Below are positions 1 through 12,431 of a DNA stretch of 51,958 nt, piece by piece. The DNA is from Octopus bimaculoides (taxonomy: Eukaryota). Each line of letters opens with the position of its first letter. Position 1 is the stretch's first letter. The position numbers were made by a program, and so were the translations under genes. Below the pieces are notes generated by a model. It had not been told where the DNA came from. It was given only the letters and a program-made list of their open reading frames with translations, and did not search any database. The stretch is taken from positions 25,181,164 to 25,233,121 of the forward strand of contig NC_068998.1 in the NCBI RefSeq assembly GCF_001194135.2, written 5' to 3'.

Positions 1-33
<33 letters not shown>

Positions 34-1079
34 ATTGACTAATTTTTATTCTCGCTGGACCACTGGTGGTAAATTAAATTTCTAAAGTTTTTTTGCTGCC
101 CTAGGATTTATTAATGATATATATATGTATATATATATATATATATATATCCTTATATGTGTATATATGCGTGTGTGTATATGTATATATATGCATATAG
201 CTAGCTAGATAGATAGATACATACATACATATGTATGTTTACGTTTCAGTTAAGGTAAGCTCAACAAAAATGTGCTCCACCCGGAGAGAGATATTAACTA
301 ATGTACACAGTACAGAGTTATGTACTACTAGTTCCATAATTTGGAGCTGTTTTCTAGGCTGGTTTTTATAACAAACCTAGTATCACCAATCAACCTAATG
401 TCTCCAAACATAGACGTTTAAACGGAACCAACCCCACATCACATAAAATAAATGGAGAGAAAAGGGTAGAAAAAAATGTTTAGCATTTCCTATTAGATCT
501 AAAAAATGCATGTTATACGTAACTGAAAGATACCATATCTTCTTTGGAACTAAGAGCTTTACCGCCTGCTGAATTCCAGATAAAGATTGTTCAGCATGTG
601 CAAGTATAAGGACAAATTTCTTTTGGCGAATTGGAGAACACCAAAAACTTCGGATTAAGCAGCTGTATAACTTATTTTATACTCTTTCCATTGATTCTAC
701 AACTAACCTTATACTCAAATGCTCTTTTCCTCTCTTTTTCCGTTATTTTCATATTTCCAGATTCTGCATCCACCATCATCCGTTTTTTTTCTCGTCATTT
801 GTCTTCTTTTTATTTTGTTTTTTGTTTTTTTGTTTTTTTTGGTTCTGGTCAGTATTTTGTATAGGCCATGCGCATAGACACTCAGATTGCTTGTAGACAC
901 TAAGGGTGTTATTAAATCCTGCCTAGGCAACATTTCCAATGTATGAAGCTATTAATAGCTCATAGTTATATACTGTAAATTTGAAACTATATATCTGTAT
1001 GTGTGTTCGAGTGTGTGTGTGCGTGCATGCGTGTATCTGTGTAAGTAGAATAATGACTGAAATGAGAAATAAGGCGAGC

Positions 1080-1654
1080 CTCTAAGAGTGCAAAACCTTT
1101 AAAAGATCTTTATATTTTGGACGCAAAGGCTTATCTTCAGAAGAATACAATCTAAGAAATGAGTGTTTGCATAAATTCTGCCATTCTTGATAGCCTGGTG
1201 ATTTTGGTAGTAGCTGCAGCTTCCCAAATGCTGGTACTCTTCATGCCGAAGAAGTCATATTTGGGATGGTGTCTAAGGAGAGGTGGAAGCCTGGTAATAT
1301 GTTGTCAGCAGTAATGGTGAAGACGATTTCCATTGTAATTAAGGCACCAGTAGTAGTAGTAGTAGTAGTACAGTCGGTGATACTGTTGTCTACATCGGCG
1401 TAGTTGGTGATAGTGGTTAGTGTCAGAGTAGTTGTGGGTGATGGCGTTGATGTTGTATGATCTTGTCGCAGTTGGCAATGTCCGTAGTCACGGCGAATAT
1501 GGTGCTACTACGTAATAGCGCTAGCTCTAATTACCACCTTAGGGATTAGGTTGTTGGTTACAGTGGGAACGTTTGATACTAGAAGCAATCGACCCCCATC
1601 TTCGTTTCAAAATAGTTACTACCTTCCCCCATGTCTGTTTCACAATAGGTACCA
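1080..1654 (-). mobile_element. Probable 3' non-coding (pLTR-like) part of the Penelope-like remnant
   Basis: Lies directly downstream of the GIY-YIG remnant on the minus strand, is GC-richer than its flanks, contains a (TAG)n run at ~1349-1370 and ends near a (TG)n tract. Boundaries are approximate. Confidence 0.4.
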
Positions 1655-1863
1655 CCTTCCCCAACTCCGATCGACCGTTGATTTTCAAGTGAAGCCGGTG
1701 CATCAGTAATTCCTCTGCGAGGCTAGTAGAGAGACGTTTATCTTTTGGTGGTGTTACCGCACTTGGTTAATTTCTTGCGAAAGGAAGAAGCGTTGGTAGT
1801 CAGGTGCTCCTTCAGTCGGATGTTGAGCACTCTGAACATAAAACCTATGTAATAGTTGTGGTA
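1655..1863 (-). pseudogene. Penelope-like element GIY-YIG endonuclease C-terminal remnant
   Basis: Minus strand reads YHNYYIGFMFRVLNIRLKEHLTTNASSFRKKLTKC, then after a stop/frameshift LAEELLMHRLHLKINGRSEL. This matches the PLE GIY-YIG pattern YIG-x-T-x-R-x-L-x2-R-x-KEH ... E-x-L-x-I-x4-P-x-IN. Confidence 0.72.
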
Positions 1864-2338
1864 CTACTTTTACTTTATTTCAGAGAGTTTACATTCGGAT
1901 CCAATTCTAAAATGATTTTAGATCAGAACCATATGAAACAATGTGTGCTCTGTGTATTTAAATGTGTTTTTCAGTAAGGGGAGTGGCATTAAATATTCAT
2001 TCTCTCATTCGGACAGAACGAATGGCAGAATGAAAATTTAAATGTCCGGACATGAGAGCGATGTTTTGGTGAGTTTCACTCTGGATATAATTCTCTTGCA
2101 GATTTCACATGAATCTGATATCCAAAATCATGTCAATCTTGAGGCTGAAATCAATATAAATGAATCAGGAGGTGTATTAGCAAAACAGTTAATTTGAAGT
2201 TCATTAAACCACTTCAGTGTCTAACAGTTGGAAGATTATTTAATAGTAAAGGTGTGGAAAACGACACTCCGAAACTTAAGAAATTTTACGCCCAAGGTAA
2301 TCAGCATTATGTTATCAATAATGAAGACAAATTAAGGC

Positions 2339-2570
2339 GGCGAGCTGGCAGAAACGTTAGCACGCCGGGCGCAATGCTTAGCGGTATTTCGTTTGCCGTT
2401 ACGTTCTGAGTTCAAATTCTGCCGAGGTCGACTTTGCCTTTCATCCTTTCGAGGTCAATAAATTAAGTACCAGTTACGCACTGGAGTCAATGTAATCGAC
2501 TTAATCCCTTTGTCTGTCCTTGTTTGTCCCCTCTATGTGCAGCCCCTTGTGGGCAACAGAGAAATAAGAA
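2339..2570 (+). mobile_element. tRNA-type SINE, octopus family A, full length
   Basis: Starts GGCGAGCTGGCAGAAACGTTAGCACGCCGGGCG, has B-box-like GAGTTCAAATTC and an A-rich 3' end. Highly similar copies at 7428 and 17726 are visible in this window. Confidence 0.9.
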
Positions 2571-2690
2571 CCGTTAGCTTAGCGGTATTTCGTCTGTCAC
2601 TACGTTCTGAGTTCAAATTCGGCCGAGGTTGATTTACCTTTCGGGATCGATAAATTAAGCACCAGTTACGTACAGGGGTCAATCTAATTA
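2571..2690 (+). mobile_element. Second, partial tandem copy of SINE family A (dimer)
   Basis: CCGTTAGCTTAGCGGTATTTCGTCTG...GAGTTCAAATTCGGCCGAGG...GGGGTCAATCTAAT repeats the body of the copy immediately upstream. Confidence 0.85.
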
Positions 2691-4054
2691 TTATTTGCTT
2701 TCTTTTCTTTATATATATGTCTCTGATCATGTGCATACAGAATGAACACCCACATACACACATTGCCTTTTTAAAAATGCATTCATTAAAAGTATTACTT
2801 AAAACTATGATTTTGAAACATTGCTTAAACTCAACGTTATTTCATGACAGCGCTTCTAATGAAGTTTATGACATTTATAATATTATTAGTACTAGCAAAT
2901 CTACCCATCTACGAAGGAGGCATAAAATGAGGGAGGGAAGTCATAACAGTAGTATGTGTTGAGAAATGTGTAAATGTACTTAATAGATTACTGGGTGAGG
3001 TCTTAGAGAAATCACATTATTGTTGCTGATACAGTATTCCGTTGCAGCTATATGACTGCTTACGACTAAGTGACAGGTGACAACGATTCACACCCGAACA
3101 GAAATAGGCTTCCAGCCTGTGTATCATGATTGGTTATGTGAACCACTCCTAACGAAAGCCAGAGCTTCCTGCGACCACTACATAAAAGTATTGAGAAAAA
3201 AAAATGTTATTTAAATATACTTTTATTTTAGTTGCTTACACTGTTTTACACTTGTTTATACTCTTATATATTCAAAGTTCACAAATTTCCTTATTTAAAT
3301 CAGGAATTATATTCCTTTCGATAAAATCAATATGATTACAAAGCTTCTTTTGTTTTGTCGACACAAATTTTGAAATTAGTGGAGTCCGTTGCTCTACTCA
3401 TAGCAACGTATAACTGGCCGTATGTAAACTTCGGAGTGGGTAAAAATAAAGCTACGCGATCTAAAGTCTGGTCTTATGTGTTGTTTGCTGCGAATGCGCG
3501 GGTGGAATCTTTAGGGTTGCAAAATATCAAACTCAGACTTACGTCTCACTGTTCTATGCGAATAATGTCTAGATGATCTGGTACCATGGGTTATTCTGAT
3601 TGACAAAACTAAGATGTAAACAACAGCTGCTTCGATTTGCCGTTTCGAATCCTGTTCGAGACTGACACACACCAATAACCACTGAATAATCACACACACT
3701 ATATACTGACACACACTTTTTCCATTTTATTTACGCTATTAACCGTCTCCGCGACCCCCTTCGTATCGACGATGTGGCTATAAACTATACGATGAAAATC
3801 CTGAGTTACCCGTGGTCGGTGAACGTTTAATAAAAAAGCGAAGGTGATTTATCAATTAAAAAAATCGATATCCACGATATAATCATACTTTTGGACTGTT
3901 TATGCTAAAAACTTCCTGAAGACCGTCCTTGTAATATCGTAACCATCGGTCCAGCCGTCTGGTCGTGAAGACGGAAGAGACAAAGTAACGATCAGACAGA
4001 CGGGCATAACGGCAATTATAATAAGGTAGGAAATCTGCCCATCGACGATGGGAA

Positions 4055-4137
4055 ATAATAAGTCCTGGGGTCGATTTGTTCGACTAAAGGCGGTACTCAA
4101 ATGACTGAAACAAGTAAAAGAGTAAAAGAGTAAAAGA
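4055..4137 (+). mobile_element. SINE 3' fragment with (GTAAAAGA)n tail
   Basis: CTGGGGTCGAT is shared with family A and is followed by TGACTGAAACAA(GTAAAAGA)x3, a tail I recall from octopus SINEs. Confidence 0.55.
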
Positions 4138-4559
4138 CTATAGTCATTGGCTTATTCATGTTTACCTTAAATCTTTAAATCGGACATTACTTTTGCACCA
4201 ACCTGATATTTCAAATATTCAATAAGTTTTACAGTGATAGACAGTATAGAATTTTAAATGTTCGAAGAATTTAATAACAGTCATACATGACTGAAAGGTC
4301 AGTAACACTGAGTTATATGAAAAATTAGTTTTTACGAGTAAGAATAAAAAGAAGAGAAAGAAAACAATTTCTTTCTACAGTTTCTGTAGGTGTGCATGAA
4401 GGATGTTGTTCTCGCTGGTTTTGCTTGTGAGAGCTAGAACTGTTATAAGCTAAAATTGCTTTATAATAGAGGTTTTTACGGTAATGGTTCAAGTTCTAAT
4501 CGGTTGTAAATTTACTGTTGTTCGTCTATAGTCTAGTATTTTGGTTCGCTGGCTGCCTG

Positions 4560-4960
4560 AAAATACCACTTGTCTTACAGGTGTTCTGGTAAAATATTTT
4601 GGTTTGGCAGAAATGCAACATTCTATTTCGTAGAAATCCTGGTGATGCCATTTGTTTAGATCACTTGTTCTTGACTAGGACAGATCCAGTGATCTGGTTG
4701 GTTGATTTTCTGCGTACGTCATTTGTTTTTCCAAAGGTCTCGGTAACTTATCCAACTCTGACTGTCGTCCAGCATTCCGTTGGTTGATTCCCTTAAAAAT
4801 CCACTGGTGTCATTCAGCTCAGTGTCAATCTGCCTTTTCCTGAGATTCCAGTTTTGGCCGAATAAATATCTGATTGATTAGTTGTGGTTCATGTTCCTTA
4901 ATAACCATATTTTCTTCTTCTCGTAAGTAAACACTTAGATCTGTACTCTGCAAGCCAGAT
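4560..4960 (-). pseudogene. Possible heavily decayed Gypsy pol C-terminus
   Basis: Minus-strand frames give TTVRV, DLWKNK and QPTRS, resembling the GTTVRI..W..KG....PRSY tail of Gypsy pol. There are many stops and frameshifts. Confidence 0.25.
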
Positions 4961-5715
4961 TTTCCCTCTATACCGATATAGAGGATATGCGTATAAAGAA
5001 ATAGAGAACACAACTATAAGACCTATAGCAATATAAAGCAAGAAGAAAAATTAATTCATTTAAGAAAAGCGACAAAAATCAACAGATATAAATCAAAAGT
5101 TTAAGTAATGGACAGCCCCCGGAATACGCAAACCTAACTCCGACTGTTGTGCAATAACTCCTTACACCATCTGATACACCAGTCGCTGATATTAACCGAG
5201 GATTAACCAATTAGATTTAAGTTCTTACCTGCAAGAACAGCGGGAATAATCCTCTTTAATGCATTAGCAGAGGAAATGCAAAAACCGATTCTTCTTTTCT
5301 ATTTTCCTTACTCTTTTTAAAATTCCATTGCATCTAATTGTTCATATAATTCAATGGTACTGAACATTCAATCATGTATGACTGTTATGAATTTCATCGA
5401 GCATTTGAACTTCTATTACTGTCTACCTCTATAAAACTTATTGAGATTGGAATTTGTACGAACATTTGATCTTTTATGCAAGTTTTTTTTCCGAATATTC
5501 TCATATACCTTTAGTCACTCCTAATTTTTTTATTATTATTTGACACTGCGAAAGTAAAAACGCAGAATCTGTTTTGGTATTTTAATACATCTATTACAAA
5601 TTCTAAAAAAGACCTCACTTTTTAAGATTCATGTGCATTTTCAACCCCTAAAGCCATGTTATTACTGTTCGTTCCCGCCTGGAAATACACATCTTTTTCT
5701 CCATATACATATATA

Positions 5716-5815
<100 letters not shown>

Positions 5816-6552
5816 AACACTCACAACAACCTCATTAGCAATTATTTCTGGAATATGAAGATTCGCCTGCCTACAGACTATATTTTCCACATTGATGTAC
5901 AACCAAGTATTATTAAATGTGAATGAGTATACTTTAAGTACTGACACCAGACTAATGCTTAGTCAATTGAAATTACGCTTAGAAATTTGTTTTGCAAGTC
6001 TGTATTTGGTCTTTGGGAACTGCTAACGAGTTTATAAATTGTTTATCAAACAATTTGCAAAAGACTGATGCATCAACATATATTCATCCTTAGTATTAGA
6101 ATTGACGCTATTTCGTTGAAAGCAAACAATTCAGCTTCCTAACCTGAAAGACTAACTCTATTACTCTTACTCAAAGATCACATTAAACCGTGCCCAATTT
6201 GGAATGAATAAAATAGAAGCGCAATAAATAAAAGACGGGAAAGTATAATGAAAAACAAATGCACATGCATTTTATATCAACATTCTCCAGAAGATATCGA
6301 TTGATAAGCTGATTTTGTCAGACAGTGTGATGTCAACTAATAATCCAAACTTATCTATATGGTGGAGTGAATTGGTATTATTTTCATGAATACTTTTATA
6401 AAGCTAGTTTATAACGATAATTATTTGTAGCCAAGAAATTTTGCGCTGTGATTCTACTTCGAATTTAATTCATAGGAATCGCTGAAAAGATTATTTTACA
6501 TAATTACATAACTTATGATATAATAAAATGTACGTCGGATTACAATTATTTT

Positions 6553-6592
6553 CCATAATTTACCATAATTCACCATAATTTACCATAATTCA
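6553..6592. repeat. 10-bp tandem repeat CCATAATT(T/C)A x4
   Basis: Directly visible. Confidence 0.85.
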
Positions 6593-7316
6593 TTATACAG
6601 AGATAATTGTTAACTATGCATTGCTATATAACATTGGTAAATTATGCAATAGATAAATTAGATTAGTTTCATTACAGCGATTCTTGTTGAGACCTCCTTA
6701 CACTGGAGGTAATATCATTTAATACAGTAATCAGAGCATTTACAAGATATACATAGAATTTCACGAACGAATGCGGAAGGCATATAATATAACGTCAGTA
6801 TTATATTAATTGGAGAAATGTCTTATCTGTCTACTCTGCCTTCCTCTCTTTCTCTCACTTGCCCTCTCTCCTCCTTTCTCTTCTCCTTTATGTATAGATA
6901 CATCGCGTCACGCATAAACAAACACACATGCAGGTGTGTATGTGTGTTTGTGTGTGTGTGTGTGTACGTGTGTGTGTGTGTGTGTGTCTGTGTGTGTGTG
7001 TGTCTGCGCGCATAGTTAATATATAATATATGGATTGCTGGCGTGAGTGTGTGGTATGAAGGTAGCTTCCCCGCCACATGATATCAGGCAACGTACACCT
7101 ATAGACGTCTGTCATATATATACATATAGAGGGTTAGATAAAATAGTAGAAACACCTAGCATCATAGCATCATAATTTTGAAATATCTATAAAACCATCA
7201 AAAGCTTGTTTATTTTTATGTTTTTGATTTATTATTACTATTGCTTAATATGTTTTGCTAAAATTGCTGTTTCTTTTCAGATATCACCAGAAAAACGTAA
7301 TTAAAATTCCTTAAAA

Positions 7317-7984
7317 TGACAGATCTATCGGACTTTCAAAGAGGTCAAATTGTTGGAAACTCGTATGTCAGGCGCTAGCGTAACGAAACCAGTCGAAATG
7401 TTTGGTGGATCAAGAAGTACTGTCTCCGGCGAGCTGGCAGAAACGTTAGCACGCCGGGCGAAATGCTTAGCGGTATTTCGTCTGCCGCTACGTTCTGAGT
7501 TCAAATTCCGCCGAGGTCGACTTTGCCTTTCATCCTTTCGGGGTCGATAAATTAAGTACCAGTTACACACTGGGGTCGATATAATCGACTTAATCCGTTT
7601 GTCTGTCCTTGTTTGTCCCCTCTATGTTTAGCCTCTTGTGGCCAATAAAAAAAATACGAAGTACTGTCTCCAAAGTAATCACAGCCTTTGAGAAACAGGA
7701 AAAAACCTCCTCGTCGAAACAAAACTCCGGAAGAAAACCAAAACTTTCAGATAGGGACCGTCGAACTCTTACGGGAATTGCTAGAAAGCATCACAAAAGT
7801 ACAGCGTCCAAAATTACTACAGAACTTAATGACCACCTCGAGAATCCAGTTTCTACAAAAACTGTTCGGCAGGAGCTTCACAAAACTGGATGTCACGGGA
7901 GAGCTGCAATCAGAAAACCACTACTTTCAAAGAAAACGTTGCAAAGCGTTAAGAGTGGAGTAAAAGATCTACAGAATTTGTCCC
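7317..7984 (+). pseudogene. Tc1 transposase N-terminal (paired-like HTH) part, interrupted by a SINE
   Basis: The reading frame continues across the SINE: ...SRSTVS | KVITAFEKQEKTSSSKQNSGRKPKLSDRDRRTLTGIARKHHK...HGRAAIRKPLLSK. Confidence 0.88.
7428..7657 (+). mobile_element. SINE family A, full length, with 14-bp target-site duplication
   Basis: GAAGTACTGTCTCC is present at 7414-7427 and at 7658-7671, on both sides of the SINE. Confidence 0.93.
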
Positions 7985-9069
7985 CTGTCTCTTTATATGT
8001 ACTTTATATGTATTTCTTACCATTTTCTATAAATTCTTATTTTGTTTTCTGATTTTGATATCCTTACTTATTAACCACTTATCCTTTATAAATTGTTATT
8101 TTTCTTGTTCTTAAATAGAAAGGTTTCAGTTAAATCTATGCGAGATATTTATACTATATCCATATAAACGTATAAATATTTGTGTATATGTATGTATATA
8201 TATATATGCACTTTTATAAAAAGTGTTTATCTGTATGCATCTTTACATTTTTCTGATTCATGGCTTAAAGTTAATAGACATCATGTATATCTTCTCAGTT
8301 ATTCAAAAAGTAAATGCTCTAAGCAGTCTTTATAGAAACCACCTAATAATTAATTAATTAAGTACATGAATAAATATTAAACTGATTCTATGTATTCTTC
8401 GTTTTTAACGTTTATAACTGATATATACTCACGTTTTACCTATTTTGGTTATAATATCAATTTTGAAATTCTTAAATTTAATTTTTATACAACATGACAA
8501 TACTGTTAATAAACATTTCCCCCATAATGCCACTAAATAAAATGTGCTCTGTATTAACATCTTAGGTTTCTTAGCGTCTTGTCCCTTTCACTGGTAATTA
8601 ACATCATGATTTACAGTCTACCCCCTATCCTGCCACTTTTATAGACAGTTACCTATATCCAACTGACTACTCCAAATGTCTTACTTCTTCCTTGGGAAAA
8701 AGGGATACATATGATAATATTTATGACCATACCTATCCATGAACTGTCAACTCATTCTTGTCCTTTATTCAAAATAGACACAGTCTTCTAGTCTTAGATT
8801 TAGAAGTTGATAAAGTGATAAATGAATTCGAATAAATAAGGATCACTTACAACCCTATGACCCCACTATACGCCATGCGATTCTTAGAAGTGTAGTCAAT
8901 TCTTAGGCACAATAGTGACAACATGAATCAGTTTAATCTTTTTAGCTCTGTTAAAATATTTGAGAACAAGTATATTAATGTGTCCTACTTGCTACAATTC
9001 AATTTATTTATTTGTGCAGCGGAAGATGGCACTGCATTTAAATTGATGTAATGATTGCATTGCTCATTT

Positions 9070-9490
9070 AAGTGGAAGAATGTTATTTTCTAGGACGAGT
9101 CATTCCTTACCTTATTTCTGACCACCGGCCGAGTATATATGTGGAGACAGCCAAAAGATCTAGACTGCCTTCTTTCAACTGTTAAACATGGAGGAGGATC
9201 TGTGACGATCTGGAGGGGTTAAATCTTGGAAATCCGCCGGCCCAATAGTTTCCCTTCATAGTAGAATTAATAGTCAAGACTATTTAAACATATTATCTGA
9301 TCATATTCATCCTATGGTTGCGGAACTGTTTCCGGGGGAAAACGCAATCTTTGAAGATGATAATAAACCAATTAACACAGCTAAAGTTGTTACTGAATGA
9401 CACAAGGAACTTTCTCATGAAGTTGAACATCTTATCTGGCCACCACAGTCCCAAGGTCTCAATATTATTGACAAAGCGGTCCTAACTCAT
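9070..9490 (+). pseudogene. Tc1 transposase catalytic (DDE) part, with stops and a C-terminal deletion
   Basis: WKNVIF*DES, VKHGGGSVTIW, QDYLNILSDHIHPMVAELFP, FEDDNKP, WPPQSQGLNII. Confidence 0.88.
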
Positions 9491-10144
9491 ATCAAAATAG
9501 ATTTGTTTGAAATTTTAAGGTGTTTTCATTATTTTATCCCCCCCCCCCTGTATATATATATATATATATATATGACCGCATGACCGCAGCCACTTGGCTG
9601 AAACACATAAATAAATAAATAAATAAATAAATAAATATATATATATATATTAAGGCCATTACTACACATAAAAGCCTCACGCTATGTGGAACTCTTAAAG
9701 TCAAAACTACCATAATAAATAGTCTACCGAACGCGAGGGAATACTACTCTTGACGCGAACTCTTATAAACAGATTCAGCCGCAAATCACTTGATTTCATA
9801 GTTAGTGTACAAAATACACTTTCTAATCGTCGGTGCAGGCATAATCAAGACATAAAAATGAACAAAATACTCAACATACCAGACGAACAACAAATGTATC
9901 CAGCATAGTACATAGAGCTGGTCACTCTTATATATATGTAAGAGGCGGGCCTTTCGAATTGCATCTCGGTACACGTGTATATTCAGGATAAGTCAGCACT
10001 GATTCTATTCCGGTTAAATTTAAAATTTAAAAAAAGGATAAAATCTTTATAAGAATTTATGAAGTAGTCAGCGTGAAAAACCTCATAAGGAAAATATATA
10101 GTTATTCTTTTTTTAAAGGAAAATTTATAATTATTCCCTTTTTA

Positions 10145-10372
10145 TGATGCCGCTCCAGTACACCTGCTCGTGATCAGAGATGCACACATCATCAGCCACC
10201 AAATAACATACTCAACTGGTTAAGATCAAACAACTGACAAGCAAATCTGTGGTAATGAGCAGAATATATTCTGTAGCCCATATTTAATACCAAGGCTGAA
10301 TATGTACATGATAACACTTCCAATCAGTCAAGATGAGAAACGATGATAGTCACTGCCTGGTACTGTATGAGA
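10145..10372 (-). mobile_element. Probable SINE-like interspersed repeat (family C), 5' part missing
   Basis: Recognised from memory as a recurrent octopus repeat (TACCAGGCAGTG...GATTGGAAGTGTTATCATGTACA...CAGATTTGCTTGTCAGTTGTTTG...TGCATCTCTGATCACGAGC on the minus strand). There is no second copy in the window. Confidence 0.4.
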
Positions 10373-10380
10373 GATTTGAT

Positions 10381-12228
10381 TATTATCATTATTGCTTTAC
10401 TTCTTTGAACGTTCGGTCTTGTCTATTCTGGTAGATTCTCTGAGAGCGGACAGCAGCCTGCTGTCAGAGGTCTCACTGGGTCTCTTTCCCCACATTATAA
10501 GCTTTGATACTTGGTTGTTACTTATTGTGGTAGACATTCAATAGCCAAGTACCAATCTCAAAATCCTAGCTGTCTGCAACAGAGCATTTTAGTGGGGCTT
10601 GCTCTGTTCTCGTGTCAATTCCGATTTCTTTTACATATATCTCGAACGTGATTGTTAGTGCTTCGAATGCCCCTACTACTTCCGGAATGACAGACACACT
10701 CCGCAGAGTCCACATGCTTGCAATTTCGTATTTTAGTAATCTTGTACATTTCAATATTTTCTCGTTCTTTGTCGCTTTTGCGTGAATCTCCAGGTAATGC
10801 ATTATCTATGATCTTGGTTTCCTTTTTTACCTTTTTCTCCGAGCCTCGGTTAGGGAGTCACGTTGAATTGTAAAATCTCACAGTGTCTTACGTTCCTTGT
10901 TCTCAGTGACTCCTGTTCATATTCGTCCTATTTCTGTGCTCTGTTCAGGCTATACTTTTCACATAGTCTCCAGTGGACGAACTTTGCTACGTTATCGTGC
11001 CTCCTTTTGTAGTGCTTTTTGGGCCAGCTTGCTACACTCATTCACAATATGTGAGAATGCTTCGTTTCTACTGCCACTCATCCTACAAAGGGGCAATTCG
11101 CTATACCTCCCTATTTGGAACTTGGTGTAATTATTTCACAGAGCTTGTTCCTGAGGGCAGCATATCAATACCTCAGTGCATCCTCTCAGATCACTTTTTC
11201 CAAGTCATTTCCAAGTGTTGCTCTTGTCTTTTCCTTTGATTTCTTTCAGGCATTGCCCATGTAATGGTTTCTTCTTTCAATTGTTTGCTTTTTCATCTTC
11301 ATCTTGTTTTTTAATTATTTTCAATAGGTATTATATTGTGAATTAAAACAACGGCAGGTATGGATTCCCTCTACTGTTTGATGTACCATCCCAGATTCTT
11401 TTCGTTGACAACACAGATCTTGCGTCCTGTGAGACCATTTCCACCCCTGTTTCTAGGCACATACAGTTTGTCAGTATCACGTTTGGGCTGTAGTTCTTTG
11501 TTGTCATCACTTTTCTAGTTTTCCTGTCCATTTCTTCAAGCTCTCTCTTTGTCTATCTGACAACATCTGTGCCGTATCGCATTAAGGAAACAGTCCATTT
11601 CAATGTGGAGGAAAATTAAATTTTCCGTAGCATCTGTGTGAGGAGTATCATACAAATCACAAGCAGCAATGGTGAGAGGCTGTCCTCTTGAAATATACAT
11701 TCTTGATGATAATCCTCGCTAAAAATTTCTACATGAAGTTAACTCTGTATTCCAGTTTTTCATTGATCGCCTGATAAAATTTGATAAGTTGTCAGACACC
11801 TGTACTAGCTCGAGAGTTTCCAAAATCCAGGAATGGGGGAGCATGTCACACACTTTCTTATAATCGATCCAGGTTATGCCCAGATTAGTAATTATTTTCT
11901 TCCAGTGGTTCAGTACAATTCTGTCTATCAGACGTTGGTCTTTTGTCCCTCGGCTTTCCCTTGTGAACTCTTTCTGTTTCACTGACAGTTTGTCATTCAT
12001 TTCCAGGATGTTATACACATAATTAGATACTATTCCTGTCATAGGTTTCCACATCATGGGTAGATAGGTGGTAGGCCGGCAATTATCCACTGCATTACTT
12101 TTGCTGGGATCCTTTTTGTAAAGAATTGCTTTACCTGTGGTCGTCCATCGTTGTTGATCATTTTATCCATTTGCGTGACTATTCTTTTGTGTTGATTATT
12201 TTATCCATTTGCGAGGCTATTCTTCTGT
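10381..12228 (-). mobile_element. 5'-truncated R4/Dong-clade non-LTR retrotransposon (RT, CCHC finger, restriction-like endonuclease), decayed
   Basis: RT N-terminal domains DNCRPTTYLPMMWK...RGTKDQRLID...WIDYKKVCDMLPHSW. Zinc-finger-like CRMSG...SHIVNECSKLAQK...RRHDNVAKFVHW. RLE-type region ...KYEIASMWTLRSVSVIPEVVGAF. A TAA-rich 3' end lies at ~10381-10395. Confidence 0.85.
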
Positions 12229-12237
12229 GTATTAAAA

Positions 12238-12374
12238 TTATTATCATCACCATCATGATCATCATCATCATCATCGTCGTCGTCGTCGTCATCATCGTCA
12301 TCATTATCGTCGTCGTCGTCGTCATCATCATCATCATCATCATTATTATTACTATTATTATTATTATTGTTATA

Positions 12375-12430
<56 letters not shown>
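12238..12430. repeat. Compound trinucleotide microsatellite (CAT)n/(CGT)n grading into (TAT)n
   Basis: Directly visible; it abuts the 5' truncation point of the R4/Dong element. Confidence 0.97.

Positions 12431-12431
<1 letters not shown>

Larger units (their letters stand above)
7126..9550 (+). mobile_element. Tc1-like DNA transposon (decayed) with two internal insertions
   Basis: Left end TAGAGGGTTAGATAAAATAGTAGAAACACCT and right end AGGTGTTTTCATTATTTTATCCCCC...CTG are inverted-similar, both in TA context. Transposase N-terminus MTDLSDFQRGQIVG...GRKPKLSDRDRRTL...GRAAIRKPLLSK; catalytic part DES..VKHGGGSV..FEDDNKP..WPPQSQGLNII. Confidence 0.9.

Noticed and set aside
1112-1140. CTGAAGA followed by a weak stem on the minus strand in the Penelope tail
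   Set aside because: It lacks GAAA and a convincing stem II, so it is not called as a hammerhead.
2042-2198. 51-codon ORF MSGHESDVL...ISHESDIQ with a 33-nt GTGAGT...TTGCAG interval
   Set aside because: Too short, no family similarity I can name, and the intron length is implausible.
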